DNA of 64,000 bases from Trueperaceae bacterium (GTDB taxonomy: Bacteria > Deinococcota > Deinococci > Deinococcales > Trueperaceae), in NCBI GenBank assembly GCA_034520945.1, contig JAXHNB010000008.1, positions 128,001 to 192,000 on the forward strand. Reading direction: 5' to 3'. This document shows positions 52,007 through 60,770 of this stretch, in pieces. Positions within the stretch are counted from its first letter, which is position 1, and the number at the start of each line of letters is the position of its first letter. Both the position numbers and the translations under genes were made by a program. The notes beneath the pieces are model-generated. The model was given only the letters and a program-made list of their open reading frames with translations. It was not told the DNA's origin and did not search any database.

Positions 52007-52594
52007 TCAGGTTTCCGGGGTCGCGCCGGGGGCCGTCGTCAGCCAGTCGGCGTACGCCCCCACGTACGCCTCCTGCCCGCGCGTTTCGATCGCGCCGGGC
52101 CGGTGCTTGCGGACGCGGCGGACGGCGGTGGCGGCGTCGAGGCCGGCCCGCACCAGCAGGCAGGCGGCGACCAGGCCGCTGCGCCCCAGCCCGCCGCGAC
52201 AGTGCACGGTGAGCGTGCGGCCGGCTTCGAGCTCGGCGTGCAGCTCGTCGATCAGCTGGCCGAACGCGTCGGCGGACCGGGCGTCGGGCACGGAGACGTC
52301 GTCGATGGGGAAGGGGCGGACGCGCATGCTGTGCGCTTCGGCGCGGGGGAACAGGTCGGGGATCTCCAGCAGGTCGTGCTCGTAGGGGCGCATCAGGGAG
52401 ACCAGCACGTCGGTGCCGAAGCGCTGGCGCAGGTCCTGCAGGTCGGTGTCCAGGTCGCGGTCCCAGCGGACGCGTGACACGCTGCTGGTGGCCTTCTTGC
52501 CCGGCGCCAGGGTCAGGCCCAGGCGCCCGGGCAGGGGGTCCGTGGGCACGAAGTCGACCCGGATGGGGTGCGTGTGGGAGGTGGCGTGGATCAT
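52007..52594 (-). CDS. PTP/dual-specificity (CDKN3-like) phosphatase
   Basis: GLTLAPGKK, FPIDDVSVP, HCRGGLGRSG (CX5R), RPGAIET..Q. Confidence 0.88.
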   Translation of the reverse strand: MIHATSHTHPIRVDFVPTDPLPGRLGLTLAPGKKATSSVSRVRWDRDLDTDLQDLRQRFGTDVLVSLMRPYEHDLLEIPDLFPRAEAHSMRVRPFPIDDVSVPDARSADAFGQLIDELHAELEAGRTLTVHCRGGLGRSGLVAACLLVRAGLDAATAVRRVRKHRPGAIETRGQEAYVGAYADWLTTAPGATPET

Positions 52595-52625
52595 CGCGGG
52601 TCCTCTCGTGCCAGGGAAGACGGGG

Positions 52626-52907
52626 TCACTCGTCGTCGGGCGGGGCGTACTCGTACTCGCCGGTGTGGACGTTGTATTGCAGGGTCCAGTCGTCCTTCGA
52701 GCGCTGGTAGGAGCCTCCGTGCAGGTCGTAGCGGGGCTTCGTGCCGTCTGGTTGGAGCTCGTAGCTGCCGGTGTGCATGTTGTAGGACGGGCTGGCGCCG
52801 GGCGGGGCGTACGCGTACTGGCCGGTGTGGACGTTGTATTGCAGGGTCCAGTGGTCCTCCGCCATCTCATAGCGGCCGGTGTGGAGGTTGTAGCGGGGCT
52901 TGGCCAT
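52626..52907 (-). CDS. 93-aa protein made of five 18-aa YNxHTGxY repeats
   Basis: YNLHTGRY, YNVHTGQY, YNMHTGSY, YDLHGGSY, YNVHTGEY at an 18-aa period; GAAGGGAG RBS; GC3-rich codons. Confidence 0.8.
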   Translation of the reverse strand: MAKPRYNLHTGRYEMAEDHWTLQYNVHTGQYAYAPPGASPSYNMHTGSYELQPDGTKPRYDLHGGSYQRSKDDWTLQYNVHTGEYEYAPPDDE

Positions 52908-53023
52908 GTCGTCGTCTCCCTTCACTGCATCGATCGTCCGCGATGGTTGCGACCGCGTTCGTCGCACCGTAGCGGTGTGGCACTCACGAAACGCGCACGG
53001 GGCCTCGGCCCCTCGAACTGGCT

Positions 53024-53064
53024 AGTATGTTGGTATTGACAAGATCTCCTGTCAAGACTATGAT
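53024..53064. promoter_or_regulatory. Overlapping divergent promoters built on a TTGACA-N8-TGTCAA palindrome
   Basis: Plus strand: TTGACA (53036)-17 bp-TATGAT (53059), ATG 6 nt later. Minus strand: TTGACA (53055)-20 bp-CATACT. Confidence 0.75.
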
Positions 53065-53070
53065 CGTGCC

Positions 53071-53799
53071 ATGCCCACCCTCGACGCCCTCCTGCAACGG
53101 CGGCCCAGCTTCGACCTCGACGAACTGGCCGACGTTGCCAACGATCACCTGCCTGCGCTGATCCCTGACGACCCGGTCGATGCACGGGTGAAACCGGAGG
53201 TGAACCCCCGCCTGATTCGCCACTACGTATCCGAAGGCCTGCTGGACCCCGCCCTCAAGGACGGCCGTCACGCGGTCTACACCGTCGACCACCTCCTGCA
53301 ACTGCTGGCCCTGCGGCGCCTGCTGGCCGACGGCGTGTCGTCCACCTACGTCGGCGACACCCTGCGCGCCAAGAACCGCGACGAACTGCGTGCCATCGCC
53401 GAAGGCCACCTCGACCCCTTTGCCGGCGCGTCCACCGAACCCGCCCCGCCCGGAGAGGACGCCCCGTCCCGGGCCCGGGCCGCCCTCGCCGCGATCCGCA
53501 GGCGCGCCTCGCTCGGCGGCGAAGCTACGCCGCGCACGCCGGCCGGCCGGGCCTTTCGAACCGCTGGGACCGCCGGTTCGTCGAACGTCGGCGCCGCGCA
53601 GCATCGCGCGGCGCCCGACCCCGCCTCGGCGCCCGACGCCGGCACCGTCGAAGGCTGGGAGCGCGTGCAGCTCCTCGACGGCGTCGAGCTGCACGTCCGC
53701 GACGACGTGCGCCTGCCCACGTCCCTCGACGCCCGCCAACGCCTGCTGGACCACGTCGTCCGCGAGATCGTCCGTTACGCCCAAGGGAGGGAACGATGA
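53071..53799 (+). CDS. MerR-family HTH regulator
   Basis: RLIRHYVSEGLLDP..GRHAVYT..HLLQL; C-terminal WERVQLLDGVELHV. Confidence 0.82.
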   Translation: MPTLDALLQRRPSFDLDELADVANDHLPALIPDDPVDARVKPEVNPRLIRHYVSEGLLDPALKDGRHAVYTVDHLLQLLALRRLLADGVSSTYVGDTLRAKNRDELRAIAEGHLDPFAGASTEPAPPGEDAPSRARAALAAIRRRASLGGEATPRTPAGRAFRTAGTAGSSNVGAAQHRAAPDPASAPDAGTVEGWERVQLLDGVELHVRDDVRLPTSLDARQRLLDHVVREIVRYAQGRER

Positions 53800-55814
53800 G
53801 CCACACCGCAGACCCCCGCAGCGACGCCACCGTCCACATCGACGCACGACTCCTGGCCGGGGCCGTCCCCGCCGATGGCGGCCGCGTGCCCGCCCTGCTC
53901 CGCGTCCGGGCCGACGCGACCCAGCACGATCGCCCCCGGACCCCCATCGACCTGGCGCTCGTCCTCGATCGTTCCGGTTCCATGAGGGGTGATTCGCTGG
54001 CGGCGGCGCGCCGCGCCGCCCACGACGCCGTCGACCTGCTGGAGGACGGCGACCGCGTGGCGATCGTCGCGTACGAGTCCGAGGTCGAGGTGGTGCAGCC
54101 CCTCGCCGCCGTCGATCGCCGCGAGCAGCTCCATGCCGCCATCGACCGCATCGACACGCGCGGCACGACCGCCCTGCACGCCGGCTGGGTGGAGGGCGCC
54201 GAGCAGCTGGCCGACCACGTCGATCCCGCCCGCGCCGCCCGCGTGGTGCTGTTGACCGACGGGCTCGCCAACGTCGGCGTCACCGATCCTGCCGCGATCA
54301 TGCGGGACGTGGCCCAGCTGCAAGCGCACGGCATCGTCACCAGCACCGTCGGCTTGGGCCGCAGCTTCGCCGAGGACCTGCTGAGCGGCATTGCCGAGGC
54401 GGGCGGCGGCCGCTTCGCCTACGCCGAGACGCCCGCCGACCTCGAAGGGATCATGGCCGCCGAACTGATCGGCATCGACGCCACCCTCGCCCGCGGCGTG
54501 CGTGCCACCTTCGAGGGACGCCACGCCGACGTCGCCGACGTGCTCAACGACTTCGTGCGGGACGGCGACGCCCTGGTGCTGCCCGACCTGGTCGACGGCC
54601 TGCCGTTGACCATGGTGGCGCAGCTCGACGTCGCCGCGGCCGAACCCGGGACCGAGACCGACCTCGGCCAGCTCCGGCTCACCTGGCACGACGCGGAGGG
54701 CGCCCGCCAAAGCGCCGACGTGCCCGTCCGCGTCCCCGTCGTCACCCGCGCCGACTACGATGCGCGCCAGGCCGACCCCGAGGTCGCCGCCGCGGTAGCG
54801 GCCCTCACCGCCGCCCGCCGCCGCCAACGCGCCATGGAGGCCCTCACCCAAGGCGACGAGGCCACCGCCCGCGCCGAGGTCGACGCGATCGAACGCGACC
54901 TGGCCGCCGCCCCGGACACGCCGGAGATCCAGCGTGAACGCGCGGCATTGCGACGCGTCCACGAAGCGCTCGAGGCGCGCGACACCGCCGTTGCACGCAA
55001 GCGCATGTCGCACGACCGCGAAGTGCGGCGCAAGGGCTTCGACCGCGAGGCGTTCGAAGCGACACCGCACTTCGCCACCAAGGTCGAGGGCCTGGCGTTC
55101 CGCCGCGCCCAGCGCGAAGGGCGCGAGGCGCCCAGCCGGGACACCTCAGCGCAGGGTGCGGAGGCGCATCGGTCCTCCACGCCGGCGGATTCGCCCAAGA
55201 CGTCGCGCCGCGCGAAGCCGGCCTCGGCCACCGCCTGGCGACGGATCGAACTGCAGCGCTCCGACGGCACCACCGGCGTGCTTCGCCTCCGCACCGGCGA
55301 CATCACCGAATGGGCCGGCGACGCCATCGTGAACCCCACCAACCCCAAGCTGCACGGCACCGGCGCCTCCGTCGACGGCGCGGTCCACCGCCGCGGCGGC
55401 ATGGAACTCACCCGCGAGTGCCGCGCCATCGGCCACGTCGACCTCGGCCACGCCGTCGTCACCAAAGGCTGGAACCTGCCCGCCTCCTACGTGCTGCACA
55501 CCGCCGTGCCCACCTACGACGGCAGCGACCGCGCCCTGAACACCCTTCGCGACTGCCACCGTGCGGCCCTGCACCTCGCCGGCCAGATGCGCTTCGAGCG
55601 GGTGGCGTTCCCCGCCATCGGTACCGGTACCAACGGCTACCCCGTCGCCTCGGCCGCCCAGGTCGCGCTCAGCGAACTCCTGGACGCCCTGGCGCAGGAC
55701 GGCGGCCCCAAGCGCATCGAAGTGGTGCTGTACGACGACGCGACGCGACAGGCCTACGGCCGTGCGCTGCGGGAACAGGCGGAGAAGCGGGGGTTGACGT
55801 CGCGGGCGGCGTAA
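53796..55814 (+). CDS. vWA domain protein fused to a C-terminal Macro domain
   Basis: MIDAS DRSGSM, T.LHAGW, LLTDGLAN; GDIT...DAIVNPTN...VDGAVHRRGG, VLHTAVP, AFPAIGTG.NGYP. Confidence 0.9.
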   Translation: MSHTADPRSDATVHIDARLLAGAVPADGGRVPALLRVRADATQHDRPRTPIDLALVLDRSGSMRGDSLAAARRAAHDAVDLLEDGDRVAIVAYESEVEVVQPLAAVDRREQLHAAIDRIDTRGTTALHAGWVEGAEQLADHVDPARAARVVLLTDGLANVGVTDPAAIMRDVAQLQAHGIVTSTVGLGRSFAEDLLSGIAEAGGGRFAYAETPADLEGIMAAELIGIDATLARGVRATFEGRHADVADVLNDFVRDGDALVLPDLVDGLPLTMVAQLDVAAAEPGTETDLGQLRLTWHDAEGARQSADVPVRVPVVTRADYDARQADPEVAAAVAALTAARRRQRAMEALTQGDEATARAEVDAIERDLAAAPDTPEIQRERAALRRVHEALEARDTAVARKRMSHDREVRRKGFDREAFEATPHFATKVEGLAFRRAQREGREAPSRDTSAQGAEAHRSSTPADSPKTSRRAKPASATAWRRIELQRSDGTTGVLRLRTGDITEWAGDAIVNPTNPKLHGTGASVDGAVHRRGGMELTRECRAIGHVDLGHAVVTKGWNLPASYVLHTAVPTYDGSDRALNTLRDCHRAALHLAGQMRFERVAFPAIGTGTNGYPVASAAQVALSELLDALAQDGGPKRIEVVLYDDATRQAYGRALREQAEKRGLTSRAA

Positions 55815-55851
55815 GGCCGGTTCGCCTGCGCGCGCGGTTCCTTGCGGGCAC

Positions 55852-56475
55852 TCACGCGGCGGACTTCCCGAGCACCTCACGTGCCCCTGGTCCCACCAAG
55901 GTGATGGCGTCGCGCCGGAGTTCGGTCGCAACGTGGCGTCGTTCCCGCGCGAGGCGTGGCAGGTCGCCTTCGGGCACCTCGGCGATGCTCGCGTGGTTGC
56001 CGGTCCAGTCCTCGATGCGGGCGGGGAGGGCGTCCACCTGCTGCCGCCACCGCAGATGCTCTTCGTCGACATCGTCGGGGCGCACGACGAGAATGTCGAT
56101 GTCGCTGCGGGTGTCACCGTCGCCTCGGGCAGCGGAACCGAACAAGGAGGCGTGGCGCGCAGGAGGATCCCAGCTTTGGAGCTCGGCGACGAGCCGTTCC
56201 ACGAGGTGGCCACGGAGCCGTACCAACGCGAGGATCGATTCAGCGATCAGGTGTTCACGGTTCAGGGAATAGAGCCGCGCCGCGCCGGCCTGGTCGGCCC
56301 GCACGACGCCGTGCTCGGCGAGCCTTCCAAGGATACGCGCCACCGTGCTGCGCGCGCTGTCCGCGCGCCGCGCAACCTCGCGCCCGGTCAATGACGCGTT
56401 CGTTCCGGCCAGAGCGCTGAGTACGGCGCCCTCGTCCTTCGAAAGAATGGCGCGATACGGGGCCGACAGATCCAT
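55852..56475 (-). CDS. HTH-fused minimal nucleotidyltransferase (MNT)
   Basis: LTGREVARR HTH; LFGSAARGD...SDIDILVV. Confidence 0.85.
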   Translation of the reverse strand: MDLSAPYRAILSKDEGAVLSALAGTNASLTGREVARRADSARSTVARILGRLAEHGVVRADQAGAARLYSLNREHLIAESILALVRLRGHLVERLVAELQSWDPPARHASLFGSAARGDGDTRSDIDILVVRPDDVDEEHLRWRQQVDALPARIEDWTGNHASIAEVPEGDLPRLARERRHVATELRRDAITLVGPGAREVLGKSAA

Positions 56476-56617
56476 GTCTCGAGCATACCACACGCGTCCC
56501 ATAGATGAGACACTCGTCCCATATATGGGTCACGTAAAGACCGTGGCGCTGATTCTGGGTTTGGGCCGCTCCGTGCACGGCGCAACCGCCCTTGCAACCG
56601 TCCATCTGGCCGCACAC

Positions 56618-56745
56618 GGAAGCGTCCGGTTCAGAGCACGACGCGTTCGCGCTTCAGTACCTCGAAGCCTCCAAGCGCAACCCGCAACTCGAAGGGTACG
56701 CGTTGCATCACGAGGCCGACCTGCAACGTGCCCTGGCCGAATTGA
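56618..56745 (+). pseudogene. Degenerate internal copy of part of the DUF697 gene
   Basis: EASGSEHDAF..YL.A.KRNP.LEGYAL..EADL.RALAEL matches about 59118-59242. Confidence 0.8.
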
Positions 56746-56856
56746 ACTTCGACCTAGACGTACAGGGCGCGCTCTGGATCGTGAACTACAAAGGCGTGCT
56801 CGACGGGCGAGCAGGAGTGCGCGGGCTTAGCAACTGACGCGAACGATGGTTCGCGC

Positions 56857-57555
56857 TCAAGGGTCGCCTCTCACGAAGCCGGCGCCAGACCGCGCGTTGG
56901 ACGCGCCGTCCGCGTCCTCGTAGAGGATCTCGTACTCGTACGACATTTCGTCGTCGTCGAATTCGATGCTGGCTTTCACCGTGCACGACGCAAGTGGTTG
57001 GTTGGGTGCGTGGGCGGCGAATCCGGATCCCGGGTTGTAGCCGGCGGTGCAGTCGCTCGCCGGTTCGGAGCGGGTTCGCTGGATGTGCCTTTGGACGGCG
57101 TCGCCGACCGCTTGGGCGTAGGCGAACGGCTCGACGTGCGCGACGGGGGCGAAGCGGTCTGCGACCACTGCGACAAGGTCACGGCCGAGTTGACTGCCGA
57201 CGGCGACCGCCCGGTAGTTCGTCGGTGGGTCGGTTGCGGGGTCCTGCCAGGTGCCGGTCAGGAGGTCGTCTTCCGAGGTCTCGGCCGTCCAGCCGGGAAG
57301 CTCGGAAACGAGGCCGCGCCAGCGGGTGTCCTGGCTCGTGGAGAGGCAGACGAGCATGCGCTCACCGGGCTCGCTCTCCTCGTACAGATACGCGACCACG
57401 TCCTCTCCGACGTTCTCCACCGCCTCCAGGCAGGTCGAGAAGGCCGTGATGCGGACGTCGGACGCGACGCGGGCGAGGGCGTTCTCCTGCGCAGACGCAA
57501 CACCGACCGTAGCGACGAGGGTGGCGGCGAGGAAGGCGAAGAGGAAGTGACGCAT
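56857..57555 (-). CDS. Secreted hypothetical protein
   Basis: Signal peptide MRHFLFAFLAATLVATVGVASA; C-terminal Cys pair. Confidence 0.65.
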   Translation of the reverse strand: MRHFLFAFLAATLVATVGVASAQENALARVASDVRITAFSTCLEAVENVGEDVVAYLYEESEPGERMLVCLSTSQDTRWRGLVSELPGWTAETSEDDLLTGTWQDPATDPPTNYRAVAVGSQLGRDLVAVVADRFAPVAHVEPFAYAQAVGDAVQRHIQRTRSEPASDCTAGYNPGSGFAAHAPNQPLASCTVKASIEFDDDEMSYEYEILYEDADGASNARSGAGFVRGDP

Positions 57556-58174
57556 GACGAATCCATTCCACGAGGTCGGAGCGGCAGCACACAAGATGCT
57601 TCTTTAGGCTAGCAGCGGCCGCGGGCGCTACCAAGTGACCGAACGGCGGTCCAAGACGACGTTCTGGCCGGCATGGCGCGGCGTGGCGTGGTGTCAGGAC
57701 GCCTCGCGCATCGCGCGACCCACGGCCGCCCCCGCGTAGAATTCGAGGGGTTCGAAACGCGGTAATCCCGTCGGCTCGCCTAGGCCCGGCATGGTGATCT
57801 CGGTGCATACCTCGGCCGCGCTCACGGCGCCGCGAGCGGTGGGTGGGACGGACTCCTCGATCGCCCAATGGAATGCGTAATGATGGCCGCGACGGCCTCG
57901 TCCACGGCAGTGCCCACAGCGGCCTCGCCGGTGCCCGCGAACTCGCCACTCCGCTCCAAAGGCTGCACTGGAAGATGCAAGCCGAGGTGTTGGATGACTT
58001 CTCGCGGCAGCGAGCCCAGCGTCGAGGTCTCGTCGGCCGGGAGCGGCATGCGGATGGCGAGGGTTGCGTCACCAGCAAGAAAGAATCTACCGGCGTTCAT
58101 CACGTACTTGCTTGGCACCGGTGCCTGGATCGTCCGATGGGCGGTAGCGATTCCAGTCGCCCTCTGGCGCGAAG

Positions 58175-58591
58175 TTAGCCTTCTCGTCCGGGCTTAGCGC
58201 CCGCGCCCCCATACGTGAAGAACGCAAAAAGAGCCAGGCCTCCCAAGGCCAGCTCGATAATCATCCCCTGGATGGCGCCCGCGCCCGGAAAGCCGTCGAG
58301 GACAAGCCCCAATACACGTGCCAGCCCCAACGACAAGAAGACCACAGCCGCGAGCACGATGGAGGTGCGGGACCAAGCATGTCGGAATGCTCCCAAAGCA
58401 ACGACGAGCCCGGAGACCATGATGATCCCGCCAGCCCCCCTCACCTCACTCAACGGTCCAGCGTCATTGGACAACTCCAGGCCGCTGAAAGCGTAGAAAC
58501 CAATAGGGTCCAACAGGCGCCAGCCACCAAAGATCACCAGCGTTAGCGCCAGGACGATAAGGATTACCTTGAAACGCCACGCTTCCTTCAC
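58175..58591 (-). CDS. DUF4345-like small membrane protein
   Basis: Four hydrophobic segments; SEVRG.GG and LARVLG..LDG.P motifs. Confidence 0.65.
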   Translation of the reverse strand: MKEAWRFKVILIVLALTLVIFGGWRLLDPIGFYAFSGLELSNDAGPLSEVRGAGGIIMVSGLVVALGAFRHAWSRTSIVLAAVVFLSLGLARVLGLVLDGFPGAGAIQGMIIELALGGLALFAFFTYGGAGAKPGREG

Positions 58592-58892
58592 CCCTCGACC
58601 ACCACCCGTCACCAGCGTCACGCTGCTTGCATCTGCAATCCCGTTCGCCCGGTGCCGCTGTTGCACCATCATGGCACATTGGGCGTGCCGTGGCTGCCCC
58701 ATTTGGTCTGGAGGGGTAGCCCTGGGTCGTTGAGCGTAGCCAGTCCAAGGGGTTGGGGGATCTCCATTGGCGAGCGCTTCGACGGACACACCCTAGCGGG
58801 ACTGCCGCCCCGAGGGAGCGCACGATCGAGGTTCACCTGCCGTGGTTCCCCCGTCGTATGATCGTAGCGACGCAATCGATAGGAGGAACCAC

Positions 58893-60110
58893 GTGGCACT
58901 CCCGTACCGGCCGATCCGTTTCGCCGTCCTGGCCATCACGCTCTTGTTCGCGGTCTTCGTCCTCGCCCAGGTCGGCCAGCTCGCCAGCCTGGCGGGCGCG
59001 ATCCACCCTTGGTTCGGCGCCGCACTAGGTGTGGTCCTGCTAGGCCTGCTCGCGTGGTTCGTGGCGGTTCCGGCGCTGGCGTACGCACGCCTGGAGCCGC
59101 CCCTCAAACCGCCGGCGGAGGCGTCCGGTCCCGAGCACGACGCGTTCGTGCGGCAGTACCTCGACGCCTGCAAGCGCAACCCGCGGCTCGAGGGGTACGC
59201 GTTGCAAGGCGAGGCCGACCTGAACCGCGCCCTCGCCGAGCTGCAGCGCCAGGCCGAAATCGAGGCGAAGAAGACCGCCACGCGCGTGTTCCTGGGCACC
59301 GCGGTGTCGCAGTACGGCTCGTTGGACACGCTGATCGTCGCGGCGACGCAGGCGCGCATGGTGTGGCGCATCGCCCACGTGTTTCAGCGGCGGCCCTCCT
59401 GGCGGCACGTGGGCTACCTCTACGCCAACGTCCTCGCCACCGCCTTCGTGGCCTCGCGCCTGGAGGACGTGGACCTCACCGACCACCTCAAGCCCGTCTT
59501 GGCCAGCACCTTCGGGCAGACCATCACTTCGACGCCCGGCGTGGCGGCGGTGTCCGGGCAGATATCCAACGCGATCTTCCAGGGTTCCCTGAACGCGTTC
59601 CTCACGTTGCGCGTGGCGATGGTGGCCATCGCCTACTCGCGCGCCACCTCCCAGCCGGACCGCCAATCGGTGTGGAAGAGTGCCGTGGCGCGGGCCAGCA
59701 GCCTGGTGTTGCGCACCGTCACCGGCGGTTCCGCGCGCATCGCACGGGCGTTCGGTAGCGCTGCCGTGCGCTCGGCGGGTGACGCCGCGGTCGGTGTCGG
59801 CGGGGCCGTCGCCAGCGGGGGGCGTAGCGTGGGCAGGGGCGCACGCCACGCCGGCCGTTTCGCCACCGTCACCGCGGTGCACGCGACCAGCTCGGTACGC
59901 ACGGCGACGGGTTCCACGGGTCGGGCCGTCAGTGGCTTCGGTGCACGCATCGCCGGAAGCGCGCGCGGCGCAGCCGCGGGCGTCGACCGGCGCGTGAGGT
60001 CCGTGCGGACGAGCTTCAGCGGACGGAAGGCCGCGATGGCCGGCGCCGGGGCGCTGAGCGACGAGGACGATGGGGGCGAGGACGGCGGGGGATCGCCGAT
60101 GGATGGGTAA
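58893..60110 (+). CDS. DUF697/YcjF-like membrane protein
   Basis: AGGAGG RBS; two N-terminal TM segments; TAVSQYGSLD, G..NAFLTLRV. Confidence 0.72.
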   Translation: MALPYRPIRFAVLAITLLFAVFVLAQVGQLASLAGAIHPWFGAALGVVLLGLLAWFVAVPALAYARLEPPLKPPAEASGPEHDAFVRQYLDACKRNPRLEGYALQGEADLNRALAELQRQAEIEAKKTATRVFLGTAVSQYGSLDTLIVAATQARMVWRIAHVFQRRPSWRHVGYLYANVLATAFVASRLEDVDLTDHLKPVLASTFGQTITSTPGVAAVSGQISNAIFQGSLNAFLTLRVAMVAIAYSRATSQPDRQSVWKSAVARASSLVLRTVTGGSARIARAFGSAAVRSAGDAAVGVGGAVASGGRSVGRGARHAGRFATVTAVHATSSVRTATGSTGRAVSGFGARIAGSARGAAAGVDRRVRSVRTSFSGRKAAMAGAGALSDEDDGGEDGGGSPMDG

Positions 60111-60152
60111 GCACTGCGCCTCGAGCACCGGGCTCCTCGGAGCGCCCAGGTG

Positions 60153-60503
60153 TCAGCAAGCGACACCTTCACCGTCGTCCTGGCCGCGGTAGACGTCGAG
60201 CGCCTCGTTCACCACCTGGTTCAGGGACTTGTCGTGGGTGAGCGCGTAGACGGATGCTCGACGATGACGCTCTTGGCCGGTTCGAACGTTGAACGTCCCC
60301 TTGAACGGCGTTTCCGGTTCCTTTCCAAGCTCGTGGCATGTCTCGAGGTAGTCGTCAACCGCCTCGACGAACGCCTTCTCGAGGGACGCGACGTCGGTTC
60401 CCTCGAAGGTGATCAGGCTCCGCACGTACGCGACCTTGCCGTAGAACACGTGGTCCTCCGCGCTGTAGTGCACCGAGCCGAGGTACCCCTTGTGCTCCAT
60501 CAT
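60153..60503 (-). CDS. hicB: HicB-family antitoxin
   Basis: MEHKGYLGSVHYS.ED..FYGK, F..AVDDYL..C, FKGTFNVR. Confidence 0.9.
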   Translation of the reverse strand: MMEHKGYLGSVHYSAEDHVFYGKVAYVRSLITFEGTDVASLEKAFVEAVDDYLETCHELGKEPETPFKGTFNVRTGQERHRRASVYALTHDKSLNQVVNEALDVYRGQDDGEGVAC

Positions 60504-60640
60504 GTCCTTACATGTCAGGCCCTCCTGCGTCAGCGTGTCGAGCACCAGCTCGACCTGATAACGCTTCAGGTCGTTCCCCGGGTATGGCACGTGGAGGCTG
60601 ATGGTCGCGGCGGTCTCGTGCACGATACGCCTCCGGTCGA
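60504..60640 (-). pseudogene. hicA: HicA toxin C-terminal remnant, in frame with hicB
   Basis: RRIVH...ISLHVPYPGNDLKRYQV..V...L..EGL; N-terminus absent. Confidence 0.65.
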
Positions 60641-60770
60641 GCACACCTGCATCCACCGCGATGCCAGGGGCCCCAACGGCCACGCCGCCAGGGCCGCTTG
60701 GTACGGTTAGGCACCTACGCAGGGTTCCGCCGTGCCCCTTGCTTCCGCAGCGGAGGAGAGGAGTATTGCC

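Noticed and set aside
52641..52853. Near-identical 50-bp pair close to the RT as DGR template and variable repeats
   Set aside because: Both copies lie in frame within one ORF, the differences are not at adenines only, and the RT is not DGR-like.
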